DNA of 64,000 nucleotides from a virus. Under the pieces are notes generated by a model. The model ran no database searches and was not told the origin of the DNA. It worked only from the letters and a program-made list of their open reading frames with translations. The first letter of the stretch is position 1. Every line of letters begins with the position of its first letter. Below are positions 29,178 through 38,612 of this stretch, one piece after another. Made by a program: the position numbers and the translations under genes. The DNA lies in IMG/VR virus record IMGVR_UViG_3300023174_000058, positions 98,188 through 162,187 of that record; one strand, 5' to 3'.

Positions 29178-30263
29178 ATGTCTTTAGAATTATCTTGGTC
29201 TTGTTCAGGTTCTGTTTCTGGTCAGACAGTCAACGTAATAAATCCATATACAGATGTAGTCAATGGTCCAGCATGGGAACTCTGGTGGTTTAAAGAAAGA
29301 TTAAAAGAGTTTGGTTGGACTGTTGTTAGCTCATCTAACTCCTCAACAGCTAGCGCTGGGGATCTTTGGGGGTCCACATTTGATTCTACAACATCAGATG
29401 GTGCGACTAAAAACGCCAAAATTAAATTTGGTTCAAATTCTGCTGCGCGTTCATGGATTGCTCTTGCTGCTCCAACTGGTAGCAATGCAGCAGGTCATCA
29501 TTTGATTATTGATTACGGAAATGAATCAAACGTGGCGTACAGAGCGCAGTTTATTTTTAATAAAGGCGCTATTAGCGGTGGCGCTACAAATTCAAGACCA
29601 ACTGGAAGCTACGAAATGGGGCTTTCTGTTGCTGGTGGTTTAGCGTCAAAAGATATTGCTTTTCATGATTCAACAACTAACTCTTCTGCTCAACATAGAG
29701 TTAATTTTCACGCCGCGACAAACGGCGCTTTCTATATATCAGAAGTTCAGGTTGGAAAGGGTAGGTTTACTTTCTTTTTGTCTTTCCTACCTCTACAAAA
29801 CACACACGCTGTAGATAATTACACTTGGGTTGTCGCCGGGGTAGATGTGCATACGGCAACTACATTCACTCCAGCCGATGGAAGGGCTCTTTATTACGAA
29901 TCAAGCGCGGCTATCACTGGGCGTTCTCACGATGGCTCAAATTTTACGTCATTAGCAGGTGTTATCCCAGCAGTTTCAACCGAAAGCTCTGCTGGTGCTT
30001 TATCTGCTCTTTTCCACACAAATATTTTGAGTTCCCCTAACTCTTCTGACGCGACTTATACAGATTTTCCAATATTTGTCGTTAACACAAGCACAGGTCC
30101 AATAGAATTTAAAGGCAGGCTGCCAGACATTAGCTGGACTAGCGTTTCAATTCCAAATGGGGCGGTGACTCCTCCTAAGTCTATTGCTTCTGACAAGTAT
30201 GAAAGAACAAAATATCTTTATACTTGGCTACCTTGGGTTTCTTCAAACGCGCCAGTACTATAA
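29178..30263 (+). CDS. Virion structural/fibre-associated protein
   Basis: 361 aa, S/G/T/A rich; SD GGAG; fibre cluster context. Confidence 0.45.
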   Translation: MSLELSWSCSGSVSGQTVNVINPYTDVVNGPAWELWWFKERLKEFGWTVVSSSNSSTASAGDLWGSTFDSTTSDGATKNAKIKFGSNSAARSWIALAAPTGSNAAGHHLIIDYGNESNVAYRAQFIFNKGAISGGATNSRPTGSYEMGLSVAGGLASKDIAFHDSTTNSSAQHRVNFHAATNGAFYISEVQVGKGRFTFFLSFLPLQNTHAVDNYTWVVAGVDVHTATTFTPADGRALYYESSAAITGRSHDGSNFTSLAGVIPAVSTESSAGALSALFHTNILSSPNSSDATYTDFPIFVVNTSTGPIEFKGRLPDISWTSVSIPNGAVTPPKSIASDKYERTKYLYTWLPWVSSNAPVL

Positions 30264-30275
30264 TAGGAAAATTTA

Positions 30276-30698
30276 ATGGCTGATACAGAAATTGCGCTTT
30301 ATAGCCCATTTCAAAATATAGTTAACAGCACTGCATTTGAAATACAATTTCAAATGCAGAAAACTAATTTTAGTAGCAGTTTTACAAACTTTTCTAATGA
30401 AGTAAGCACAATAAATATTTTAAAAGATGCAAATTATTTAAATTTTACAAACGAAGCAAATACGATAAAAACAATATTTACTATAAATTATATTAATAAC
30501 AGTACAACAGAGCAAAGAATATTTAGTCCAATTAGTTTTTATAATGAAAGCTCTATAAAGAAATATTCAATGAGAGCGAGAAAAGTCATCGATAATTCAT
30601 TTGTTTATTGGCGCTCAACAAATATTGATAGCGTTGGTCAATACAGCGGATTTTCTATAAATGAATTAAAAGATATATGTATTATCGCTTATAATTAA
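30276..30698 (+). CDS. Hypothetical protein in the fibre cluster
   Basis: 140 aa with an internal repeat (FTNFSNEVSTI / FTNEANTI); SD AGGA. Confidence 0.45.
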   Translation: MADTEIALYSPFQNIVNSTAFEIQFQMQKTNFSSSFTNFSNEVSTINILKDANYLNFTNEANTIKTIFTINYINNSTTEQRIFSPISFYNESSIKKYSMRARKVIDNSFVYWRSTNIDSVGQYSGFSINELKDICIIAYN

Positions 30699-30712
30699 AA
30701 TGAGGCAATTGA

Positions 30713-33070
30713 ATGTCTAGAAGAAATATTAAAATTTTAACGGATGTTGACGGAAAACAAGATTTATCAGTAAGTGGAACTCTTACAGTTAAAGCAGACT
30801 CTTCATTTGTTATTCCATCCATTTCAACTTCTTCTGACGGTTTTTATTCCATTAATAACGCAATACATAAAATTGATAAATCACTACAGGATGTAAACGC
30901 AAGAGTTGTTAGCTCAGTAGGAAATGTTCTTGGGCAATATAACGCAAGCCGTTATGTCTTTAACGGTTTTTTAAACGCCTCTGGTGCTGTTTCTATAAAC
31001 ATAACTAGAAACTCCCCGTCTGGTACTGTATATTTTAAAGAAAGCGATATATCAAATTTATCAGTAAACATTTTAACAGATTTTGATGGCGACGGAATTT
31101 TTACGAATAACCTAGTTCCTTATCAGATAAGACCATCAAATGGCGATTTGTTATTAAACATTAGTGCTCCTAGTGCTCCTAATGTTATGTATAAAGCTAC
31201 AGTTATAAATGATTCAGCAATTATTGATATACCTTCACAAAACGATGTTTATCTTGTAACTGATTCTGGCTCTTCGACTGTAGATGGACAAACTGTATTA
31301 TTAGATAACATTTCTTTATATAATAAAAACGTGAGAAATTTTTACGTTTCACCATCTGGTTCTGATGATAACGACGGCTTAACTTTGTCAAGTTCTTTTG
31401 CGACAATTCAAAAAGCTGTTGACTCTATTTCTACTTATACAAATTCAGCAACAACGAGATTACAATATCACACAGCCATAAATCTCGCTAGTGGCTCTTA
31501 TACAGAAAAAGTCAATATTTTAAATAAAGACCTTTCAGGAAAAAATAGTAATCTCCTATTAGCTTTTAAAGGAGAAAAACAAAATCTTTATGAAAATCTT
31601 AGAGTTATTTCACATATTTTAATAGATAAGGATTCTGGCGGATCTGCCGGTTTTTCACAAATAGTACTAAATTTCACCTCCCCGCCCGCAGATAATTCTC
31701 TCAAAGGGCTTTATATTAATAAAAAAACATCGCCACTATCATCTGGTATTTTAATTACAGGTAACTCTGGTAGTACTATCTATACGACTGTTGGATCATC
31801 GACTTGGTCAGCCATACAATCTGCAACAGATTTTTATATTTTTAGAAATCTTTCCACAGTTAATGGATTTTTTAGAATAGCTGGTAGCGACGGAGTTATA
31901 AGCTTTAGAAATGTTAATTTAAATGTCTCTTTAAATGAAGCAAATGGCTCAGACACATTCTTTTTTTCTTCTGTAATGAATCCAATAGGTACAATAGATA
32001 TTGATAACACTGGCGAAGTAGCTGGTACTGCTGTTCAGACACGCTATGGATCTTATAGCAATGATGAAATTCAAGTAATTAATTGCAATATTTTTAATGA
32101 TAAAACAAGTGGGCTTCCTATTAGATTGGTTGCTGGACCAAAAACATATATGTTTTCGTGCTTTATTACTAGCTCTACAAGTCACATAAGTATTACAAAT
32201 CTTAATCAAGTTGATTCATTTAATGCGCTTAGTTGCAATTTTGAAAACGCCGGGATTAGCTTAACTAGCGTACCATTAATTTCTACTTCTAACTCTAGTT
32301 TTTTAAATTCAACACTGTCATTTACTTCTTGTGATAGTGTAACTCTTCCACAAAAAGCTATTAGCACTAGAAACACCGGTGATAGAATCGGTATTTATAA
32401 TAGCTATGCAACATCTCCATCTAACGCATATTATAAAAATGTTGGATTTGATGTAGTAAATAAGTCAATGTTCATATTGGCTTCTCCTTTTTCGGCACAC
32501 GGTCCATTTAATAGTCGTTTTTTAAATATTACTAATAATAGCTTTATTGAATTCGGATCAGTAAATTCCACTTCTTCATTCTCTGGGGCATTAAATACCG
32601 ATTACTTAGTCCAAGCCACTGGTAAAAGTAATATAAATGTTAATTCTAGATTAGATGTACAAAATGTTTATAGCCCTTCAGTAAATCCTTTTTTTGCTTT
32701 TTTCGGCGCTAGCACAATGAGTTTCTTATATTATAAACCATTAACAGCCGCATCTGGAACAGCAAATTACAGATCTAATGGTGATATAAAAGCTGACGAT
32801 TATAACTATTTTTATACAGACCTTCCTGTTATAACAACTGAAGCTGTAAAAATAGATGATAGAACAAATGTATCTGCTACAAAATACGATTTTCGTTATC
32901 CATTACAGACAACAAGAGACATAACATTAACAGGTTCGGCTCAATTAATAAGTTCTTTGGTTAAGCTTAATCCATATACAACATTACCAGCTGGCTCACT
33001 TGGATTAATGGCTGTATCTGGCTCTTCTCTATATTTCCATAATGGTACAAGCTGGAACAAGGTTATTTAA
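30713..33070 (+). CDS. Tailspike-like receptor-binding protein (parallel beta-helix)
   Basis: FYVSPSGSDDNDGL..FATIQKAVD..I.LASGSYTE is the typical entry to pectin-lyase-like beta-helices; C-terminus LYFHNGTSW. Confidence 0.6.
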   Translation: MSRRNIKILTDVDGKQDLSVSGTLTVKADSSFVIPSISTSSDGFYSINNAIHKIDKSLQDVNARVVSSVGNVLGQYNASRYVFNGFLNASGAVSINITRNSPSGTVYFKESDISNLSVNILTDFDGDGIFTNNLVPYQIRPSNGDLLLNISAPSAPNVMYKATVINDSAIIDIPSQNDVYLVTDSGSSTVDGQTVLLDNISLYNKNVRNFYVSPSGSDDNDGLTLSSSFATIQKAVDSISTYTNSATTRLQYHTAINLASGSYTEKVNILNKDLSGKNSNLLLAFKGEKQNLYENLRVISHILIDKDSGGSAGFSQIVLNFTSPPADNSLKGLYINKKTSPLSSGILITGNSGSTIYTTVGSSTWSAIQSATDFYIFRNLSTVNGFFRIAGSDGVISFRNVNLNVSLNEANGSDTFFFSSVMNPIGTIDIDNTGEVAGTAVQTRYGSYSNDEIQVINCNIFNDKTSGLPIRLVAGPKTYMFSCFITSSTSHISITNLNQVDSFNALSCNFENAGISLTSVPLISTSNSSFLNSTLSFTSCDSVTLPQKAISTRNTGDRIGIYNSYATSPSNAYYKNVGFDVVNKSMFILASPFSAHGPFNSRFLNITNNSFIEFGSVNSTSSFSGALNTDYLVQATGKSNINVNSRLDVQNVYSPSVNPFFAFFGASTMSFLYYKPLTAASGTANYRSNGDIKADDYNYFYTDLPVITTEAVKIDDRTNVSATKYDFRYPLQTTRDITLTGSAQLISSLVKLNPYTTLPAGSLGLMAVSGSSLYFHNGTSWNKVI

Positions 33071-33601
33071 ATGATTTTAGGGTTGGATATAAGTACATCA
33101 ATAACTGGATATACTGTACTTGATGGACAAACGATTGTCAAATGCGACATGTTGGACTTACGTAATAAGAAATATGTTGATTTTTTTGACAAAAGCGTAG
33201 CAGCAAAAAATCTATTGACAGATATAAAAAAACAGTATAATATTACTCATATCTTTATTGAAGAAACATTAAACGTATTAAGCGGTAAAAGCAGTGCTCA
33301 TGTAATAATGACATTAAATCGTTTCAATGGCATATTATCGTGGACATGTTATGAGGTTTTTGGAATAAAACCGCAGTATATTAGTTCAAGACAAGCAAGA
33401 AAAATGGCTGGCATCACTATACCAAAAGGTGCAGATGCTAAAGAAACTGTTATAAATTTTCTTCTTGCAAACGAACCACAATTCAAGGTAGACTACTCCA
33501 AGTTTGGCAACTTAGTGCAAGGCACGGCTGACCGTGCCGATTCGCTAATTATAGCAAAGGCTGGTTATCTACTGTGTCAAAATCCAAGCTCGACATCGTA
33601 A
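33071..33601 (+). CDS. ruvC: RuvC-like Holliday junction resolvase
   Basis: ILGLDISTSITGY, IFIEE and DRADSLIIA RNase H-fold catalytic motifs. Confidence 0.8.
   Translation: MILGLDISTSITGYTVLDGQTIVKCDMLDLRNKKYVDFFDKSVAAKNLLTDIKKQYNITHIFIEETLNVLSGKSSAHVIMTLNRFNGILSWTCYEVFGIKPQYISSRQARKMAGITIPKGADAKETVINFLLANEPQFKVDYSKFGNLVQGTADRADSLIIAKAGYLLCQNPSSTS
33215..33243 (+). promoter_or_regulatory. Sigma70-type promoter candidate inside ruvC
   Basis: TTGACA at 33215 with TATAAT at a 15-nt spacer or TAATAT at a 17-nt spacer. Confidence 0.4.
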
Positions 33602-34509
33602 AAGAAATTCTTGGTGAACCACAGCGAAGTGGTCACGAATATCTTTTCTATTGCCTCTTTTGTAAGCATCATAAGAAAAAATTAAGCTTAAATCTTGAAA
33701 AAGGTAAGTATAAGTGTTGGATTTGTGATGCCGCTGGGCCTATACAGCGTCTTGTCCGCAAACATGGTACCTTCCTTCAGCTCCAATCGTGGCGAGAACT
33801 AACAGGGCAGGTAGAAATAGCGGATTTTGATGCGTTATTTGCGCCACAGCAGCAAGAAGTGATAGAAGAACAAACAATACACCTACCAGAGGAATTTGTT
33901 TCTTTATGCAATCGTAATATTTCTCTTACATCAGTCCAAGCAAAAAATTATCTTGCTGGTCGTGGTATAGAAAAAGAAGATATTTTACGTTGGAAAATTG
34001 GCTTTTGTCCAACTGGTGTATACGGCGAAAGAATTATTGTACCATCGTTTAATCTTGATGGTAAATGCAACTATTTTGTTGCTCGTACCTATGCCAAGCA
34101 TTGGAAGAAATACATGAATCCGCCAGAAAGCAAGGACATTATCTTTAATGAGTTAATGATTGATTGGGACGAAGACGTTGTACTTTGCGAAGGCGTATTT
34201 GATGCGCTAAAGATCCCGAATAGTGTCCCTATTCTTGGGTCTACACTGCGCGAAGATAGCAAGTTATTTCAACAGATTGTTAAAAATGACAGCGCCATCT
34301 ACCTTGCACTCGATCCAGATGCAGAAAAAAAGATAGAACATCTTATTGAAAGTTTACTTCGCTACGGGATTGAAATTTATAAGGTTGAAATTAAGCCATT
34401 TAAAGATGTAGGTGAAATGAGCAAAGAAGAATTTTTGAGACGAAAAGATTCTGCAAAGCTAATTAAAAACACAGACAGCTTACTTTTACAAAAAATAATG
34501 AGTATTTAA
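33574..34509 (+). CDS. dnaG: DNA primase (DnaG-like: zinc finger plus TOPRIM)
   Basis: CLFC..H..CWIC zinc-binding domain; YL..RGI, RIIVP, Y.NP, LCEGVFDAL, LDPDA, KDVGE motifs; GTG start. Confidence 0.85.
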   Translation: MSKSKLDIVKEILGEPQRSGHEYLFYCLFCKHHKKKLSLNLEKGKYKCWICDAAGPIQRLVRKHGTFLQLQSWRELTGQVEIADFDALFAPQQQEVIEEQTIHLPEEFVSLCNRNISLTSVQAKNYLAGRGIEKEDILRWKIGFCPTGVYGERIIVPSFNLDGKCNYFVARTYAKHWKKYMNPPESKDIIFNELMIDWDEDVVLCEGVFDALKIPNSVPILGSTLREDSKLFQQIVKNDSAIYLALDPDAEKKIEHLIESLLRYGIEIYKVEIKPFKDVGEMSKEEFLRRKDSAKLIKNTDSLLLQKIMSI

Positions 34510-34510
34510 C

Positions 34511-34882
34511 ATGAAAAAATTAAACAAAATAGCTCTAAAAGAATTAGTTGTTGAATCGCTTAAAGAAATGAAAATTTCACAAGACGAAATGACAGGAACT
34601 GGTTACGAAGATGTTCGTGCTGGCCTAGAGAGTGAACCAACGCCAGAAGAATTAGCTCCATTAGATATTAGTGCTTATTTTAAGCAAGTTGGGGAAGAAC
34701 TAAAAAATAGAATTGAAGTTGCTAAAAACGCACCTAGTATAAAAGCGATGCCAGTAATGACACCAGAGCAATTAAAAAATGCAATGGAAGAAATGAAACG
34801 TGTTAAAGAAGAAATGGATATTCTTCAAAAAGAGCTAGAAGGATTGCAAAGTAGATTAAAAACAACTACATCTAAACAATAG
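34511..34882 (+). CDS. Small acidic/coiled-coil protein, candidate internal head protein
   Basis: N-terminal MKKLNKIALKELVVESLKE resembles the leader of the 38098, 47283 and 54335 ORFs. Confidence 0.45.
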   Translation: MKKLNKIALKELVVESLKEMKISQDEMTGTGYEDVRAGLESEPTPEELAPLDISAYFKQVGEELKNRIEVAKNAPSIKAMPVMTPEQLKNAMEEMKRVKEEMDILQKELEGLQSRLKTTTSKQ

Positions 34883-34911
34883 TTGAATTCATATGTAGCT
34901 TGTAGTATACT
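34883..34911 (+). promoter_or_regulatory. Sigma70-type promoter for the Mre11-Rad50 fusion gene
   Basis: TTGAAT-17 nt-TATACT. Confidence 0.65.
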
Positions 34912-34943
34912 TGGCCCTGTTAGTAGCAGGGCCATTTTATTTT
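34912..34943 (+). terminator. Terminator-like hairpin overlapping the predicted transcription start
   Basis: TGGCCCTG-TTAGTAG-CAGGGCCA followed by TTTTATTTT. Confidence 0.6.
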
Positions 34944-34952
34944 GAGGTATCT

Positions 34953-37900
34953 ATGCCTAAAATCGCACATATAAGCGATACACACATTAAAACTCTAAAG
35001 CAACACGACGAATATAAAGAAGTTTTTGAAAAAATTTATAGCAAGTTAAAGCAAGAAAAAGTAGATTTTATTGTTCATACAGGGGATATCGCTCATACAA
35101 AAACACAAATCAGCCCAGAATTTGTTGATATATGTAGTCAATTTTTTACCAATTTAGCAGATATTGCACCATTACATATCATTCTTGGTAACCACGATGG
35201 AAATCTTCGTAATAGCAATCGACAAGATGCTATCTCTCCAATTGTTACGGCATTAAATAACCCTAGAATCAATCTTTATAAGAACAGTGGAGAGTATGTT
35301 GTCGATAGCACACTATCGTTTAACGTACTTAGTGTTTTTGATAAAGAAGGCTGGGTAAAGCCAAGTTCTCAGGATCGCATTAATATTGCTCTTTATCATG
35401 GTTCTATCAACGGTGTCATGACTGACACCGGTTACATTATTGAACACGGCGATGATGTTATCGATATTTTTGAAGGGCACGATTATGCTCTTCTTGGCGA
35501 TATTCATCTTGCTAATCAAATTGTAGACCCAGATGGCCGGATGCGTTATGCTGGTTCTACTATTCAGCAAAACTTTGGCGAAACCGATGATAAAGGTTTT
35601 CTTATTTGGGATATTAAAGACAAAGATATTTTTAATGTTGAGCATATTCGTATTCCAAACCCGAAACCTTTTATTACTATTGAGCTAGGTCTTGATGGTG
35701 AAATTGGAGATAGTGTTAGAGCATCAAAAGGCTCACGTATTCGTCTTATCGCACGCAATAATCTATCTGTCGATAAGGTTAAAAATGCTATTGATACTGC
35801 AAAAACGCGCTTCAAGCCTGAGAGCGTCACTTTTGTAAACAAAACGCTTGATAGTAAAGAAAATCTACAAGAGGTTTCGCGTCTTTCGCAAACTCTTAAC
35901 TTGCGTGACCTTTCTATTCAAGAAGAGCTTATTACTAGCTATTTAAAGGATTATAAGCCAGATAACGAAACTCTTGAAAAAATTTATGATATGAATAAAC
36001 GTTTTTCTTCTCAGGTAGAGCAAGGTGAAGAAGTAGCTCGTAATGTTAATTGGAAAATTAAATCACTTGAATGGGATAATCTTTTTAATTATGGTGAAGG
36101 CAACAAGCTTGATTTTGAAAAGCTTAATGGAGTTGTAGGTATATTTGGCAAAAATTATACAGGAAAATCATCTGTAATTGATTCTCTTCTTTATACTGTT
36201 TTCAATACAACTTCAAAAAACAATCGCAAAAATCTAAATATTATTAATCAAAATCGAGACAAAGGTCGTGGAAAAATTATATTTGATATTGAAGGTAATG
36301 AATATATTATCGAGAGAACAAGCGAAAAATATACAAAAAAGAGTAAAGGCGTAGAGACAGTAGAGGCAAAAACTGATGTTACGTTCAACACCGAAGGGGA
36401 CGAAGCCGTTTTTAATGGTTTGGACCGCAGTGATACTGATAAAAATATTCGCAGATTTGTTGGGACAATTGATGATTTCCTATTAACATCAATGTCTAGC
36501 CAACTTAATTCATTGGCTTTTATCGGTGAGGGCTCAACACAACGCAAAGCAATTCTTGCTAAGTTTCTTGATCTAGATATGTTTGAGGTCAAGTTTAAGC
36601 TAGCTAAGAGCGAGGCAGCTGAAATTAAAGCTGTATTAAAAAAATTAGAAGGGACTGATTTTGAAGCGCAAATAACTGCTGCCAAATTAGCTATTCAGTC
36701 TAATGAAAATAATATTTCTACTACGAAATCTGAACTAGCATCATTGCAAGACAACCTTAAAAAACTACAAGAAGAATTATTAGATATATCTTCTTATTTG
36801 CGTAACATTAAAAAAGATCAAGGTAACTTAACTGACATTTACGCTATTATGGCGCAGCATCAATCTATCAGTGATAATTGTACAAAACGTATTACAGAAT
36901 TAGATAAAAAGATTGAAGAATTAAATATAAAAAAATTAGAAACATCTAAAAAACTAAACATTGATTATGACGCCTTATTGTCAAGACGAGAAGAATTAAA
37001 AAATAAAAATGATCAATTTACGCAGCTTATTAGTGAATTCAATCTAATAAAAAAATCAATACTTGATCTTGAACGTGATAGCAAAATTCTTGATGAAGTC
37101 CCATGCGGTGATGAATTTCCATCTTGCAAATTTATTAAGAATGCCTTTGAATCAAAATCTGAACTACCAGAGTTTAAAGTTAAACTTGTCCAACTAACAA
37201 AAGAAAAAACAGAATTAGAAAAGTCTATTGAAGAATTTAAAATAATAGAAGATAGCATTAATACTTATAAGAATAATCAAGTGTTGTTGGATAAATTACT
37301 TATTCTTCAAAAAGATCTTTTACTCGAACGTGAAAAAACTGTAACAAAACAAAATGCTGCTCGTGATACAGTTGAATCATGCCGAGAGCGCTATGAAGTG
37401 CTTAAGATACAATCTCAAGAAAATTCTGAATTGTCATCTAAGATTGATCGTGAAAAAGAATTAAAAATTCTTATTAATGATAATGAAATGAAGTTAAATT
37501 CATTGCAACAAAAAATTACAGGATTTTATAAAGAAAGCGGCTATCAAATATCAACACTTGAGACGCTTGAGGAACAGCAATTAGAACTAGCGGAAAGACG
37601 TAAAGAATTTGCAGCGTATGATCTATACTTGAAAGCAATGCATCCAAACGGTATCTCTTACCAAGTCATTAAAAATAAACTACCAGTTATCAATTCTGAA
37701 ATCAATAAACTTCTCGCTAACGTAGTAGATTTTAGCATATTTCTTGTAAATGATGACGATAAGCTAGATATTATGATTAAACATCCAAAATATGACGCTA
37801 GACCACTAGAAATGGGAAGTGGGGCTGAGAAATCATTAGCTTCGATTGCTATTCGTTTAGCTTTTTTAAACGTTACATCTTTACCAAAATGTGATGTTTT

Positions 37901-38087
37901 TGTGTTAGATGAACCGGGAACAGCATTAGATAACGATAATCTAGCTGGTTTTATTCGTATCCTAGAACTAATTAAGGGTAGCTTTAAGACCGTACTCCTT
38001 ATTTCGCACCTTGACGCGCTTAAGGACACAGTCGATATGCAAATTAATATTGATCGACAAGGTAACTTTGCTTTTGTAAATCAATAG
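34953..38087 (+). CDS. Fused Mre11/SbcD nuclease - Rad50/SbcC ATPase (T4 gp47-gp46 fusion)
   Basis: HISDTH, TGDIAH, GNHD, YHG and LGDIH phosphoesterase motifs, then Walker A GKNYTGKSS, a coiled coil, signature-like MGSGAEK, Walker B VLDEPG and ISH; ATG at 34953 has SD GAGG. Confidence 0.9.
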   Translation: MPKIAHISDTHIKTLKQHDEYKEVFEKIYSKLKQEKVDFIVHTGDIAHTKTQISPEFVDICSQFFTNLADIAPLHIILGNHDGNLRNSNRQDAISPIVTALNNPRINLYKNSGEYVVDSTLSFNVLSVFDKEGWVKPSSQDRINIALYHGSINGVMTDTGYIIEHGDDVIDIFEGHDYALLGDIHLANQIVDPDGRMRYAGSTIQQNFGETDDKGFLIWDIKDKDIFNVEHIRIPNPKPFITIELGLDGEIGDSVRASKGSRIRLIARNNLSVDKVKNAIDTAKTRFKPESVTFVNKTLDSKENLQEVSRLSQTLNLRDLSIQEELITSYLKDYKPDNETLEKIYDMNKRFSSQVEQGEEVARNVNWKIKSLEWDNLFNYGEGNKLDFEKLNGVVGIFGKNYTGKSSVIDSLLYTVFNTTSKNNRKNLNIINQNRDKGRGKIIFDIEGNEYIIERTSEKYTKKSKGVETVEAKTDVTFNTEGDEAVFNGLDRSDTDKNIRRFVGTIDDFLLTSMSSQLNSLAFIGEGSTQRKAILAKFLDLDMFEVKFKLAKSEAAEIKAVLKKLEGTDFEAQITAAKLAIQSNENNISTTKSELASLQDNLKKLQEELLDISSYLRNIKKDQGNLTDIYAIMAQHQSISDNCTKRITELDKKIEELNIKKLETSKKLNIDYDALLSRREELKNKNDQFTQLISEFNLIKKSILDLERDSKILDEVPCGDEFPSCKFIKNAFESKSELPEFKVKLVQLTKEKTELEKSIEEFKIIEDSINTYKNNQVLLDKLLILQKDLLLEREKTVTKQNAARDTVESCRERYEVLKIQSQENSELSSKIDREKELKILINDNEMKLNSLQQKITGFYKESGYQISTLETLEEQQLELAERRKEFAAYDLYLKAMHPNGISYQVIKNKLPVINSEINKLLANVVDFSIFLVNDDDKLDIMIKHPKYDARPLEMGSGAEKSLASIAIRLAFLNVTSLPKCDVFVLDEPGTALDNDNLAGFIRILELIKGSFKTVLLISHLDALKDTVDMQINIDRQGNFAFVNQ

Positions 38088-38097
38088 AGGTGTTAAT

Positions 38098-38349
38098 ATG
38101 CAATTAACAAAAGATAAATTAAAAGAAATAATCAAAGAAGAATTAGAAAATGAATTTTCTCTATTCCATAAAGATATTGAAAGATCTTTCTTGTATATGG
38201 CTTCAAAAGATAAAATCTTTAAAAGTAACTTAGGACAGTTTATGATGATGAGCCCAGAAGAAAGAGAACAAATCATTGAAAACATTAAGCAAAAAATGGG
38301 AAAATGGGAAAAACCATATCCAAAAACAGATAAAGACGTAGAACTTTAG
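38098..38349 (+). CDS. Small protein, candidate internal head protein
   Basis: MQLTKDKLKEIIKEELENE leader; SD GAGG. Confidence 0.5.
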   Translation: MQLTKDKLKEIIKEELENEFSLFHKDIERSFLYMASKDKIFKSNLGQFMMMSPEEREQIIENIKQKMGKWEKPYPKTDKDVEL

Positions 38350-38357
38350 GAGGAAAT

Positions 38358-38612
38358 ATGCAGATGGGAATAATTGACGATATGAAAAAAGAAGTTAAAA
38401 AAGAATTAAAAGAACAAGAAAACGATCGTGGTGTTCTTGATATTATTACAGCTAAAGCTATTTCAAGAAAACTGTTAGTATGGATTACTGCAAGCGCATT
38501 TCTTGGTCTAGGTAAAATCACAGCAGACGAATGGACTGCTATTTCTCTTGGCTATGTAGGCGTTGAAGGTTTTGCGGATCTTGCTGTCAAATGGAAAGGG
38601 GCAGGCAAATAA
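38358..38612 (+). CDS. Holin-like small membrane protein
   Basis: 84 aa; SRK followed by two short hydrophobic segments and a basic C-terminus; SD GGAGG. Confidence 0.5.
   Translation: MQMGIIDDMKKEVKKELKEQENDRGVLDIITAKAISRKLLVWITASAFLGLGKITADEWTAISLGYVGVEGFADLAVKWKGAGK

Noticed and set aside
34953-38087. Eukaryotic giant-virus origin suggested by the Mre11-Rad50 fusion and GT-like genes
   Set aside because: T4-like portal, terminase, sheath and capsid genes, SD sites and intrinsic terminators indicate a bacteriophage.
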